Origin: Spirochaetia bacterium
Lineage (GTDB): Bacteria > Spirochaetota > Spirochaetia > SZUA-6 > Bin103
Length of the DNA: 64,000 nucleotides
NCBI GenBank assembly: GCA_965203905.1
Contig: CBDBDQ010000005.1
Span: forward strand, 2,464,001-2,528,000
Direction: 5' to 3'
How positions within the stretch are numbered: the first letter of the stretch is position 1; the number at the start of each line of letters is the position of its first letter. The position numbers were made by a program, and so were the translations under genes. This document shows positions 46,553-57,297 of the stretch, in pieces. Under the pieces are notes generated by a model. The model worked only from the letters and a program-made list of their open reading frames with translations, was not told where the DNA came from and ran no database searches.

Positions 46553-47020
46553 GTGCAGTACCCTCAAGAGCGCCGGCTGCCCTCCAACGCCGACCTGCAA
46601 GATCTGCTGGCCAAGGCGATGACGCGGCTCGAGAACTGGCGTCTCGAGCTGGAGAGGAATCCCAATCCGCGTATGGTGCACGCGCTGCGCAACATCCTCG
46701 GTCACATGGAGTCCATTGCCCGCGTCGCCGAAACCAAGGCGGCATTTTCCTACAAGCATCTTTCGCGGCAGATGTCGCTCCTCATCGCCGCGGTAGCCGA
46801 ACTCAACCTGGCCATCACCGAGGCGCTGGATGATGACGACGTCATCGACGCCCGCGAGGAACAACGCATCAATGCCAGTCTCAAGCGCGTGGTGGAGGCC
46901 GCCGTCGAGCTCATCCGCATCGTCCAGCACGGTTTCGTGCTGAGTCGGCGCTTCCTGGACGGTGTCGCTGACGTCCGGCCTGCGGTCGGTGCCGGCTCCA
47001 GCGCCGAGGAGAACCGGTGA
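46553..47020 (+). CDS. helical hypothetical protein; C-terminus resembles phage CII(CP76)/YmfL-type regulators
   Basis: Start must lie after the tRNA (GTG 46553 chosen); ITEALDDDDVIDAREEQRI; GTGA overlap with pdhA. Confidence 0.6.
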   Translation: MQYPQERRLPSNADLQDLLAKAMTRLENWRLELERNPNPRMVHALRNILGHMESIARVAETKAAFSYKHLSRQMSLLIAAVAELNLAITEALDDDDVIDAREEQRINASLKRVVEAAVELIRIVQHGFVLSRRFLDGVADVRPAVGAGSSAEENR

Positions 47021-48084
47021 GCGCGTTGCTGCAACTGCTGGCGCCGGACGGAGACGTCACGCCGGTCCCCGAGTACGCCGGTTACGAAATGACCGACGAG
47101 CAGCTCCAGGCGGCCTATCACTACATGGTCAACGCCCGCGCCGCGGACGAGTGGGCGTTCAGCCTCAACCGTCAGGGACGTCTCGGAACCTACCCACCGG
47201 CGACCGGCCAGGAGGCCAACGGTGTCGGCGCCATGATGGCGTTGCGTGAGGACGACTGGCTGGTGCCCACCTATCGCGAGCTGGGGGGCCTGCTGGTACG
47301 AGGCGTGCCGCTGAAGCAGTTCTACCTCTACTGGCTCGGCAACGAGCATGGCAGCGCCTACGAGCGGGAGCTGTATCACCTCACGCCCATCGTGCTGCCG
47401 ATCGGTTCGCAGCTCCCCCATGCGGTTGGGCTGGCGTTCGCCGAGCGCTATCAGGGCAGCGACCGCATCGCCATCGCCTTCGTCGGCGAGGGCGGTACTT
47501 CGGAAGGAGACTTCCACGAAGCGCTGAACTTCGCCGGGGTGTGGCAGGTGGGGACCATCTTCTTCGTGCAGAACAACCAGTACGCCATCTCGGTACACCG
47601 CGATCAGCAGACCGCCAGCGCTTCCATCGCCCAGAAGGCGACCGCCTACGGCTTCGAAGGAGTCCAGGTGGACGGCAACGACGTGACGGCGGTCTACGCG
47701 GCCACCGCGGCGGCCGCCGCCAAGGCGCGCTCCGGGGGCGGTCCCACCCTGATAGAGGGCCTGACCTATCGCATCGGGCCGCATACCACCTCGGACGACC
47801 CGAGCCGCTATCGTACCGTCGAGGAAGTCGCCAAGTGGAAGAATCGCGACCCTATCGTGCGGCTGCAGAAGCTGTTGCTGCGCAAGCGCCTGATGGACGA
47901 GGCGGAGCTGCAGAGCGTGGTCACCGCGGCGCGGGCGCGGGCGCGCAGTGAATTCGACGCCGTGGAGCAGTTCGAACGACCGTCCCTGGAAGACACCTTC
48001 CGCTACGTCTACGCCGACATGCCCGAGCTGTTTCAGCGGCAGCTGGCCGAACGCCGCCGGCGTCTGGAGCGGACCGGTACGTGA
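47017..48084 (+). CDS. pdhA: 2-oxoacid (pyruvate) dehydrogenase E1 alpha
   Basis: LNRQGR.G.Y, GQEA, GEGGTSEGDFHEALNFA...NNQYAIS TPP motif, HTTSDDP..YR. Confidence 0.9.
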   Translation: MSALLQLLAPDGDVTPVPEYAGYEMTDEQLQAAYHYMVNARAADEWAFSLNRQGRLGTYPPATGQEANGVGAMMALREDDWLVPTYRELGGLLVRGVPLKQFYLYWLGNEHGSAYERELYHLTPIVLPIGSQLPHAVGLAFAERYQGSDRIAIAFVGEGGTSEGDFHEALNFAGVWQVGTIFFVQNNQYAISVHRDQQTASASIAQKATAYGFEGVQVDGNDVTAVYAATAAAAAKARSGGGPTLIEGLTYRIGPHTTSDDPSRYRTVEEVAKWKNRDPIVRLQKLLLRKRLMDEAELQSVVTAARARARSEFDAVEQFERPSLEDTFRYVYADMPELFQRQLAERRRRLERTGT

Positions 48085-49058
48085 AGTCGGCAAGTCTCCT
48101 CGCCGCCATCAACACCGCATTGGCGGAGGCCTTGGAGGAGGACGACTCGGTGGTCGTCTACGGCGAAGACATAGGGGTCAACGGCGGGGTGTTCCAGGTC
48201 ACCGCGGGGTTGCAGGAGCGGTTCGGGGTGCGCCGCTGCTTCGATTCGCCGCTGGCGGAGAGCGCCCTGGTCGGCACCGCGGTGGGCATGGCGATGGCCG
48301 GGCTCAAGCCGGTGGTGGAGATTCAGTTCAGCGGCTTCGCCTGGCCGGCGTTCAACCAGATCGTGTGCCACGCGGCGCGCACCCGAAATCGCAGCCGCGG
48401 CACCCTCACCCTGCCGCTGGTGATCCGCATGCCGTACGGCGGCAACCTCAAGGCCCTGGAGCACCACGTCGAGAGCATGGAGGCCACGTTCGCCCATGTC
48501 CCCGGTCTCAAGGTGGTGATCCCCTCCACTCCGCATGACGCCAAGGGGCTGCTTCTGGGGGCGATTCGGGATCCCGACCCGGTGATCTACATGGAGCCCA
48601 AGCGCTCCTACCATTCACCCCAGCAGGAGATCCCGGAGTCACCGTACAGCCTGCCGCTGGGCCGGGCGCGGGTGGAACAGCGAGGGGAAGCGGTCACCCT
48701 GATCGCCTACGGGGCGATGATGCGCGAGGCTCGTGCTGCCGCCGCCCACCTGCGGGGGCGTGGCGTCGCGGTGGAGCTGATCGATCTGCGTACCATCTAT
48801 CCGTACGACTGCGATGCAGTGCTGAGTTCGGTGCGGAAGACGGGCCGCGTCGTGGTGGTGCATGAGGGTCCGCGTTCGTTCGGGGTGGCGGCGGAGCTGA
48901 TCGCGCTGGTCACGGAGGAGTTGTTCATGTATCTGGAGGCGCCGCCACGACGAGTGACCGGCAGCGATGCCGTGATTCCGCTCCCGGCGGCGGAACACTA
49001 CTACTTCGTCACCGCCGAGCATATCGTGGACGCGGTTCAGGAGACCGTGGAGTTTTAG
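48081..49058 (+). CDS. pdhB: 2-oxoacid (pyruvate) dehydrogenase E1 beta
   Basis: GEDIG..GGVF.VT.GL, D.PLAE, EIQF, PGLKVV.PS.P.DAKGLL, IDLRTI.P. Confidence 0.9.
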   Translation: MKSASLLAAINTALAEALEEDDSVVVYGEDIGVNGGVFQVTAGLQERFGVRRCFDSPLAESALVGTAVGMAMAGLKPVVEIQFSGFAWPAFNQIVCHAARTRNRSRGTLTLPLVIRMPYGGNLKALEHHVESMEATFAHVPGLKVVIPSTPHDAKGLLLGAIRDPDPVIYMEPKRSYHSPQQEIPESPYSLPLGRARVEQRGEAVTLIAYGAMMREARAAAAHLRGRGVAVELIDLRTIYPYDCDAVLSSVRKTGRVVVVHEGPRSFGVAAELIALVTEELFMYLEAPPRRVTGSDAVIPLPAAEHYYFVTAEHIVDAVQETVEF

Positions 49059-49061
49059 GCT

Positions 49062-50513
49062 ATGAGTTTCGAGTTCAAGTTCCCGGATATCGGCGAGGGA
49101 CTCACCGAGGGGAAGATCCTGGAGTTGAAGGTGAGCCCGGGAGCCGCGGTGAGTGCCGGAGACATCCTGGCGATCGTGGAGACCGACAAGGTGGTGGCGG
49201 ATATCGCATCGCCCAAGAGCGGGGTGGTGGTGAGGTTCGGCGCCGCGGTTGGCGAGCGCATCAGCGTGGGAGCGACGCTGGCCTATATCGACGTGGCCGA
49301 CGGCACCGCCGCCAGCGACGGCAACGGCTTCGCCGTGGCCGGCGGCCGCCTGGCCGCGGGATCCGAAGAGGCGGACGGCAGCGATGCCAGCCATCAGCAT
49401 CAGGCGCTGGTCGGGACCCTCGATGCCGCGCCCAGCATCCTGCCGCCGAGCGACGAGACCGACTCCGCCGATCCCGCTGGGGACGATGGCGGAGCCACCC
49501 CGGAGCCCGCGGCCGATGGCGAGCGAACCAGCGCGGACCCAGGTGCCGGCGAACCGGAACCTGCCGCCGCGGCGCCCACCGACGAGCCGCTGGTCACGCC
49601 GGCGGCTCGCCGCCGGGCACGTGACCTGAACCTCGACCTGCAGCAGGTGCGGCCGAGCCGGGAGGGAAGCCGTATCCTGCGCAGCGACGTGGAGCGCGCG
49701 GCCGACGACCGTGAGGTGGTTGCGCAGTCCCGGTCCGGTACCGTGCAGCCGCCGGTCTCGCAGACCGGCTCCGACTTCGCCTTCCCGCTGATCGACGATC
49801 CGCTGGTCACTCCCGCGCACCTGCCGCTCGGTCAGACGGTGGAGCTCACCATCCTGCGCAAGACCATCGCCCATACCATGGAGACCAGCCGCAAGATTCC
49901 CACGGCCACCATCTTCGACGTGGGCGTGGTCGAGGACCTGGTGGAACTGCGTGCCAAGGTGAACGCCGGGCGCGATGTACGGGTGAGCTTCCAACCCTTC
50001 TTCATGAAGGCGCTGGCCACCGCGCTGCGCCGGTATCCGGTGCTCAATGCCCACTTCAACCCGGTTTCGGAGGAGCTCACGGTGTTCAAGGACATCAACA
50101 TCGGGGTGGCGGTGAACACCGAGGCCGGGCTGATGGTACCGGTGATCCACAACGTGGAGAACAAGACCATTCGTCAGATCGACACTGCGATGAAGGACAT
50201 GGTGGAACGTGCCAAGGGGCGCCAGATCAGGATCGAGGATCTGCGCGGCGGCACCTTCAGCCTGACCAACTTCGGTCCCTTCGGAGGCTTGTACGCGTCT
50301 CCCATGATCTATCCGCCGCAAGTGGCGATCATCGGTGCGGGACGCATCCACCAGGCGCCGATGGTGGTCGACGGCGCGGTACGGCCGGCGTGGGTGTTGC
50401 CGGTCTCGTTGGCCTTCGACCACCGCGTCGTGGATGGCGTTCCGGCCGCGGAGTTCTCCGCCTACTTCCTGGAACTGCTGCGCATCCCACAGGAACTGTT
50501 CGTGTCCATGTGA
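49062..50513 (+). CDS. pdhC: dihydrolipoamide acyltransferase E2
   Basis: Lipoyl domain VETDKV, peripheral subunit-binding domain TPAARR.A, catalytic DHRVVDG. Confidence 0.9.
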   Translation: MSFEFKFPDIGEGLTEGKILELKVSPGAAVSAGDILAIVETDKVVADIASPKSGVVVRFGAAVGERISVGATLAYIDVADGTAASDGNGFAVAGGRLAAGSEEADGSDASHQHQALVGTLDAAPSILPPSDETDSADPAGDDGGATPEPAADGERTSADPGAGEPEPAAAAPTDEPLVTPAARRRARDLNLDLQQVRPSREGSRILRSDVERAADDREVVAQSRSGTVQPPVSQTGSDFAFPLIDDPLVTPAHLPLGQTVELTILRKTIAHTMETSRKIPTATIFDVGVVEDLVELRAKVNAGRDVRVSFQPFFMKALATALRRYPVLNAHFNPVSEELTVFKDINIGVAVNTEAGLMVPVIHNVENKTIRQIDTAMKDMVERAKGRQIRIEDLRGGTFSLTNFGPFGGLYASPMIYPPQVAIIGAGRIHQAPMVVDGAVRPAWVLPVSLAFDHRVVDGVPAAEFSAYFLELLRIPQELFVSM

Positions 50514-51382
50514 CGGCAGTCGGAAGGGAGTTCCGCCACCCGCAACGGTGGCCGCGGCGGCGGCCACCGCTGGTCTCGCCATGGCCGGAGGCGCCGCAGT
50601 ACCACCTGTCGCGGACCGCATCGACCATGGACGATGCCCGTCTGCTGGTGCGCTGCGCACCCGTCTCCGGTGCCCTGATCACGGCCGATTACCAGACCCG
50701 CGGCCGTGGCCGCACCCCGCAACGGCGCTGGGTGAGTGCGCCGGGCCGCAACCTGCTGTTCAATCTGCTGCTGCACGCGGCCGCCGTGGGCGACGTACCG
50801 CAACGGCTCCCACTGCTGTGCGGCCTGGCGGTCGCCCGCGCCGTGGAAGCGAGCAGCGGCGTGCCCTGTCAGGTCAAGTGGCCCAACGACGTGCTGATGC
50901 ACGACTGCAAGGTTGCCGGGTGCCTCTGCGAGCGGCTGGGCGACTGGTACAGCGTCGGCGCGGGGGTGACCTGCAACCAGCGAGCCGGTCTGCCGCCGGG
51001 CACTGCCGTGGACTTGCCGGCGTCGTCGGTGTGGCTGGCCAGCGGCCGCCGGGTGCGGCGCTGGCCGCTGCTGGAGGCGATCCTCGCCGATTTGCACCGC
51101 CTGCTGGCCGACCCGGACTGGGCGGCGCTGGTGGATCGGCGCCTGTTCGCGCGCGGCCGCTGGGTGCAGCTCCGCGGGGCCGGGCGCGGCATGCCGCGCA
51201 CAGCGCGGGTGGCTCGCGTGGCGGCGACCGGGGGCCTGGTGGTGCACGATGCCTCCGGCGCCGAGTACACCTGTTTCTCGGGCAGCGTGCGACCGCTGGG
51301 AGTCGGTCGGACTGACGCGTCAGCGGCGGGTCCGACAGGACTCGGTACGGGAGCCGAGCCTGGGCCGAAAGCGCCGCCGTGA
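50510..51382 (+). CDS. birA: biotin--protein ligase (no HTH)
   Basis: STMD.AR, QT.GRGR, KWPNDV, KVAG.L.E; GTGA overlap with pdhC. Confidence 0.85.
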   Translation: MTAVGREFRHPQRWPRRRPPLVSPWPEAPQYHLSRTASTMDDARLLVRCAPVSGALITADYQTRGRGRTPQRRWVSAPGRNLLFNLLLHAAAVGDVPQRLPLLCGLAVARAVEASSGVPCQVKWPNDVLMHDCKVAGCLCERLGDWYSVGAGVTCNQRAGLPPGTAVDLPASSVWLASGRRVRRWPLLEAILADLHRLLADPDWAALVDRRLFARGRWVQLRGAGRGMPRTARVARVAATGGLVVHDASGAEYTCFSGSVRPLGVGRTDASAAGPTGLGTGAEPGPKAPP

Positions 51383-51467
51383 GGCGGCGCCTTCGAGGCG
51401 CTCGGCGGGGGCCATCCGGCGGGTTCCGGGGGCCCGGAAAGTGTTGCTTTTGCCGCCGGGGTGTTAG

Positions 51468-53165
<1,698 letters not shown>

Positions 53166-53189
53166 GGTCAACCAGGCATCTCGTTTACG

Positions 53190-53231
53190 AAAGGGCGCGC
53201 CCAGTCTTGCCGGAGTGGGGGCGCCCTTTTT
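53190..53231 (+). terminator. intrinsic terminator after groL
   Basis: AAAGGGCGC...GCGCCCTTTTT hairpin with a T-run. Confidence 0.75.
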
Positions 53232-53239
53232 GCTGAACG

Positions 53240-53548
53240 GTGAAGCGCGCTGATTATCTGTTCGTCATCGGTTACGATGGCGACAAGGCCGTGGTCCACG
53301 GTCAACAGCGCCGTCGCTACGGCAAGTTGACGACTCACCAGCTACTGGATCAAGGCCTCTACAAGGCGGCCTTTTGCTCCGCCGACTACGCGCTGCAGAC
53401 CGGCGCTGCCGGAGCGGCCGAGGAGTTGGAGACGGTGCGCGCGACCATGGAGCAGATCACCGGCCGGCCGCACGCGGTCGAAGACCTCCGCAAGCTGTTC
53501 GGCGTGTTCGGCGTGCCGGCCGAGATCAAACGAGTTATCGTTGCCTGA
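53240..53548 (+). CDS. hypothetical protein
   Basis: Well-formed 102-aa ORF with genome-typical codon use (YLFVIGYDG, LFGVF). Confidence 0.7.
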   Translation: MKRADYLFVIGYDGDKAVVHGQQRRRYGKLTTHQLLDQGLYKAAFCSADYALQTGAAGAAEELETVRATMEQITGRPHAVEDLRKLFGVFGVPAEIKRVIVA

Positions 53549-53679
53549 GCGCGTGTGGATGATGCTGAGGGGACGATTGGTTTGACCGTACGCCCGGCGC
53601 GTGGTAGGTTCCATGCTCCCGCGGCGTATCGTGGGCCGAGCCTCGGGCGTTGTGGGAACTCGGCAAAGGAACAATTCTC

Positions 53680-54051
53680 ATGAACAACACCGTTATGGAC
53701 ACGTTCTCCCTGTTGCAGGCCGGCTTTGGCGATGGTGCGGCGGGCGGCCAACTCGCCACCATGCTCGTTACCTTTGGTCTGATCATCATGATCTTCTACT
53801 TTCTGGTGATACGGCCTCAGAACCGGCGCCAGAAAGAGACCCGGCAGATGCTGTCGCGACTCAAGAAGGGCGACAAGGTACAGACCTCCGGCGGCATTCG
53901 CGGGGTGGTGACCGCGGTCAAGGAAGACGCGGTAACGGTCAAGGTGGACGACGCCACCAAGATCGAGTTCGCCAAAGCCTCGATCACCAGCCTGCTGGAG
54001 CAGCGTCAGGGAGAGTCGCGTCCGGCCGCGCAGGACAAGGAGCAGTCCTGA
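53680..54051 (+). CDS. yajC: preprotein translocase subunit YajC
   Basis: IFYFLVIRPQ, LKKGD.V.T.GGI.G.V; AAAGGA RBS. Confidence 0.95.
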   Translation: MNNTVMDTFSLLQAGFGDGAAGGQLATMLVTFGLIIMIFYFLVIRPQNRRQKETRQMLSRLKKGDKVQTSGGIRGVVTAVKEDAVTVKVDDATKIEFAKASITSLLEQRQGESRPAAQDKEQS

Positions 54052-54081
54052 CGAGCCCCGCCGGGGGCCGCACGACACCTC

Positions 54082-55842
54082 ATGACCAAACGCCTACGCT
54101 TGATCCTCATCCTCGCCTTCGTCGGGGTATCGGTCTGGTTCCTCTACCCCACGGTGCGCTGGTACCTGCTGTTGACCGGCGACCAGCGGCGTGAAGCCAA
54201 TGCCTCGCGCGATCAGATACGGGTGTTGGCGCGGCAACGTGCCGATGCCGACTTGCAGCAGCTCCTCGCGCTGGCGCGGAGCGATACTTCCAAGCCGCTT
54301 CCCGACGAGCTTGACTATCTGATTCGAGCCGCCCGCGACCGGCTGCGTCTGGAGCGTCGCGACATCCCGCGGAACTGGAACATCGCGGCCGTGGTCAAGG
54401 CGTTCCCCAGCGAGGGCGAGACCTTCGTCGCCATGGAGGACCACCATCGGAATGAGTTGCTGGAGCTGAAGGACCTGCGTTCGCGCAGCATTCAGCTCGG
54501 GCTCGATCTCAGTGGCGGCATGTACGTGGTCATCGAGCCGGACCTCGAGAGCCTCAGCGAACAGAGCGGGATTGCCCTCAACGCGCAGGAGGAGGAGGGA
54601 GCCCTGCGGCGGGCCCTGGAGGTACTCAACAACCGCATCGACCAGTTCGGCGTCACCGAACCCCAGATCCGGCGCCGGGGCGAGAGTCAGATCGTGGTGG
54701 AGATGCCGGGCGCGCCGGACCCGGAACGGATGCGCAGCTTCATCCTCGGCAAGGGGCGGTTGAATTTCCATATCGTGGATACCGAAGGATTGGCGCGGTT
54801 CCGCGCCTATCAGGCGGCCAATCCGGGGAGTTTTCTCGGTCCGGACGGCCAGCCGCGCGACGATACGATCCTTACCGCCGGGACCGTGCTGCGCGGGCGC
54901 TACGAGAAGGATGCCTACGGGGTGGATCAGCTCCTCGGCTACACCGTGATCAACGAGCAGATCGGACTGGAGGGCACCTACATCCAGCAGGCGCAGGTGA
55001 GCCGCGACCCGATCACCCAGCAGCCGACGGTGATCTTCAGCCTTACCGGCGAGGGAGGCGACATCTTCTTCAAGCTCACCAGCGAGAACGTCGGCAACGT
55101 CATGGCGGTGGTGCTGGATGACAAGGTAAAGGCGGCGGCGACGATTTCGGAGCCGATTCGCAACCAGGTCAGGGTTACCGGGTTCACCCAGAGCGAGGCG
55201 CAGGACCTGGCGCTGGTGCTGGAGACCGGCGCATTGCCCGTACCCCTGGAGATTCTCAGCCAGCAGGCGGTAGGGGCGTCGCTGGGCGAGGATGCCATCC
55301 GCACCGGGCTCAACGCCATCGCGCTGGGCATGGCCGCGGTGCTGGTGTTCATGCTGGCCTACTACAAGCTGGCCGGGTTGATCGCCGATCTGGCACTGCT
55401 GCTCAACCTGTTCTTCCTGGTCTCGGTGCTGAGCGTATTCAACTTCACGCTGACGCTGCCGAGCATCGCCGGGGTGATTCTGACCGTCGGCATGGCGGTG
55501 GATGCCAACGTCATCATCTTCGAGCGCATCAAGGAGGAGTACCGGCTTGGCAAGTCGGCCTCGGCGGCGGTCACGTCCGGTTTCGGCAAGGCATTCTGGA
55601 CCGTCATGGATGCCAACATTACCACCTTCATTGCCGCCATCGCCCTGTCCCAGCTCGGTAGCGGGCCGATTCAGGGATTCGCCGTGACCCTCTCGGTCGG
55701 GGTGGTGTCCTCCATGTTTACCGCGCTCGTGGTGTCGCGGCTGATCTTCGAGTTCCTCACCGACACGCTGCAGGTGCAGCGACTCAGCATCGACTGGCAG
55801 CGACGCCCGCGGTTGGCGGCCTCCGAATCGGAGGCCCGGTGA
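54082..55842 (+). CDS. secD: protein translocase subunit SecD
   Basis: LGLDLSGG, NRIDQFGV.EP, GALP.PL, VG.SLG, GMAVDANV.IFERI.EE, DANITT. Confidence 0.96.
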   Translation: MTKRLRLILILAFVGVSVWFLYPTVRWYLLLTGDQRREANASRDQIRVLARQRADADLQQLLALARSDTSKPLPDELDYLIRAARDRLRLERRDIPRNWNIAAVVKAFPSEGETFVAMEDHHRNELLELKDLRSRSIQLGLDLSGGMYVVIEPDLESLSEQSGIALNAQEEEGALRRALEVLNNRIDQFGVTEPQIRRRGESQIVVEMPGAPDPERMRSFILGKGRLNFHIVDTEGLARFRAYQAANPGSFLGPDGQPRDDTILTAGTVLRGRYEKDAYGVDQLLGYTVINEQIGLEGTYIQQAQVSRDPITQQPTVIFSLTGEGGDIFFKLTSENVGNVMAVVLDDKVKAAATISEPIRNQVRVTGFTQSEAQDLALVLETGALPVPLEILSQQAVGASLGEDAIRTGLNAIALGMAAVLVFMLAYYKLAGLIADLALLLNLFFLVSVLSVFNFTLTLPSIAGVILTVGMAVDANVIIFERIKEEYRLGKSASAAVTSGFGKAFWTVMDANITTFIAAIALSQLGSGPIQGFAVTLSVGVVSSMFTALVVSRLIFEFLTDTLQVQRLSIDWQRRPRLAASESEAR

Positions 55843-57281
55843 TGAAGCGCGTCATCCCGTTTACCAACCTGCGCCTGCCCATGGCGGTGTTGTCGGCTCT
55901 GCTGATCATCGGCGGCGCCGTGGGAACCACGCTCCGCGGCGGCGTCAACCTGAGCGTCGATCTCAGCGGCGGAGTGTCGCAGCAGTTCCAGATCGCACCG
56001 GTCGCGCTGCAGATCAGCGATGCCGGCGCGGCGCTGGAGCCGGAGCTCACGCCGCCGGATCCGCTGCTGGGGCGCCCCGGTTTTCTCACCGTCCAGTGGC
56101 TCCAGGACGGCACCCTGCGGCGGCGCGTGCTGGACTTCGAGGCGTACCCCACCATCGGAGCGATCGCCGAGGAGCTGACCACCATCGCCGGCGTGGAAGT
56201 GGAGCTGGCGGCACCGGCGAACACGGCGGCGGAACAGCTGCAACCACCGGGATTCCGCGAGGCTGGCGCGACGCTCGTGCTCGGCTATCTGGACCCCGCA
56301 CAGGAGGGAACGGCTTCGATCGCCGCGGTGCGCACCGCGCTGGCCCCCCTGGAACGCTTCTCACTGCAGGCCACGGGAGCACCGAACGAGCAACGCTACC
56401 TCGTGCGCTCCGACCTGGTCGACGGTGCCGAAGGCGAGGTGGCCGACCAGCGGGCTACCGAAGAACGCATCTTCGGTCTGCTGGCCGACGCGTTCGGTGC
56501 CGAGCAGGTGACCATCCAACAGACCGACTTCGTCGGCCCCAGTTTCTCCCGCCTGCTCGGTGAGCAGGCGGTGTGGCTGATCGTGGTCGCATTCGCCCTG
56601 ATCTTTGTCTATATCCTGTTCCGGTTTCGTGCCGCCTTCGCGGTGGGGGCGCTGCTCGCACTGGTTCACGACATCGCCATCATGCTGGGAGTGCTCGGGA
56701 CGCTGCAGCTCGAGATCAGCACCGCGACCATCGCCGCGGTGCTGACCATCGTGGGCTACTCGCTCAACGACACGATCGTCATTTTCGATCGTATCCGGGA
56801 GAACGAGACCCTGATGCGCGACTCCGACTTCGAGCTGGTGATCAACACCAGCATCACCCAGTCTCTGAGCCGCACGGTGATCACCTCGCTCACGACAATG
56901 CTGGCGGTGCTGGCGATCTACATCTTTTCCACCTCCTCCATCAAGACGTTCGCGTTGAGCCTGATGATCGGCGTGGTGGTCGGAACCTATTCCTCCATGT
57001 TCGTGGCTGCACCCACGGTGCTGATATGGCGCCTGGTGCGAACCCGGCGCAGCACCCGTGCGGCTGCCGCCGCGCCCGGCGTGGCCCCGGCACAACCGGT
57101 GGTGGCGCGCGCCGGAAGCAGCCCGGTAAAGGGTACGGCCACGGTTACTCCCGCATCCGCCGCGCCCACCCCGGAAACCGCCGCGCCTTCATCGGAAGCG
57201 GCCGCACAGGCCCCCGCGGAGACGGTGGCGGTCACCCGCAGTCAACCGCGGCGGCAGACCCGCCGCCGGCGGCGCGGGTGA
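55839..57281 (+). CDS. secF: protein translocase subunit SecF
   Basis: D.SGG, VGP, AL.HD, GYSLNDTIV.FDRIREN, SRT..TS, GTYSS. Confidence 0.95.
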   Translation: MMKRVIPFTNLRLPMAVLSALLIIGGAVGTTLRGGVNLSVDLSGGVSQQFQIAPVALQISDAGAALEPELTPPDPLLGRPGFLTVQWLQDGTLRRRVLDFEAYPTIGAIAEELTTIAGVEVELAAPANTAAEQLQPPGFREAGATLVLGYLDPAQEGTASIAAVRTALAPLERFSLQATGAPNEQRYLVRSDLVDGAEGEVADQRATEERIFGLLADAFGAEQVTIQQTDFVGPSFSRLLGEQAVWLIVVAFALIFVYILFRFRAAFAVGALLALVHDIAIMLGVLGTLQLEISTATIAAVLTIVGYSLNDTIVIFDRIRENETLMRDSDFELVINTSITQSLSRTVITSLTTMLAVLAIYIFSTSSIKTFALSLMIGVVVGTYSSMFVAAPTVLIWRLVRTRRSTRAAAAAPGVAPAQPVVARAGSSPVKGTATVTPASAAPTPETAAPSSEAAAQAPAETVAVTRSQPRRQTRRRRRG

Positions 57282-57297
57282 GCAGTTGGGACGAAGG

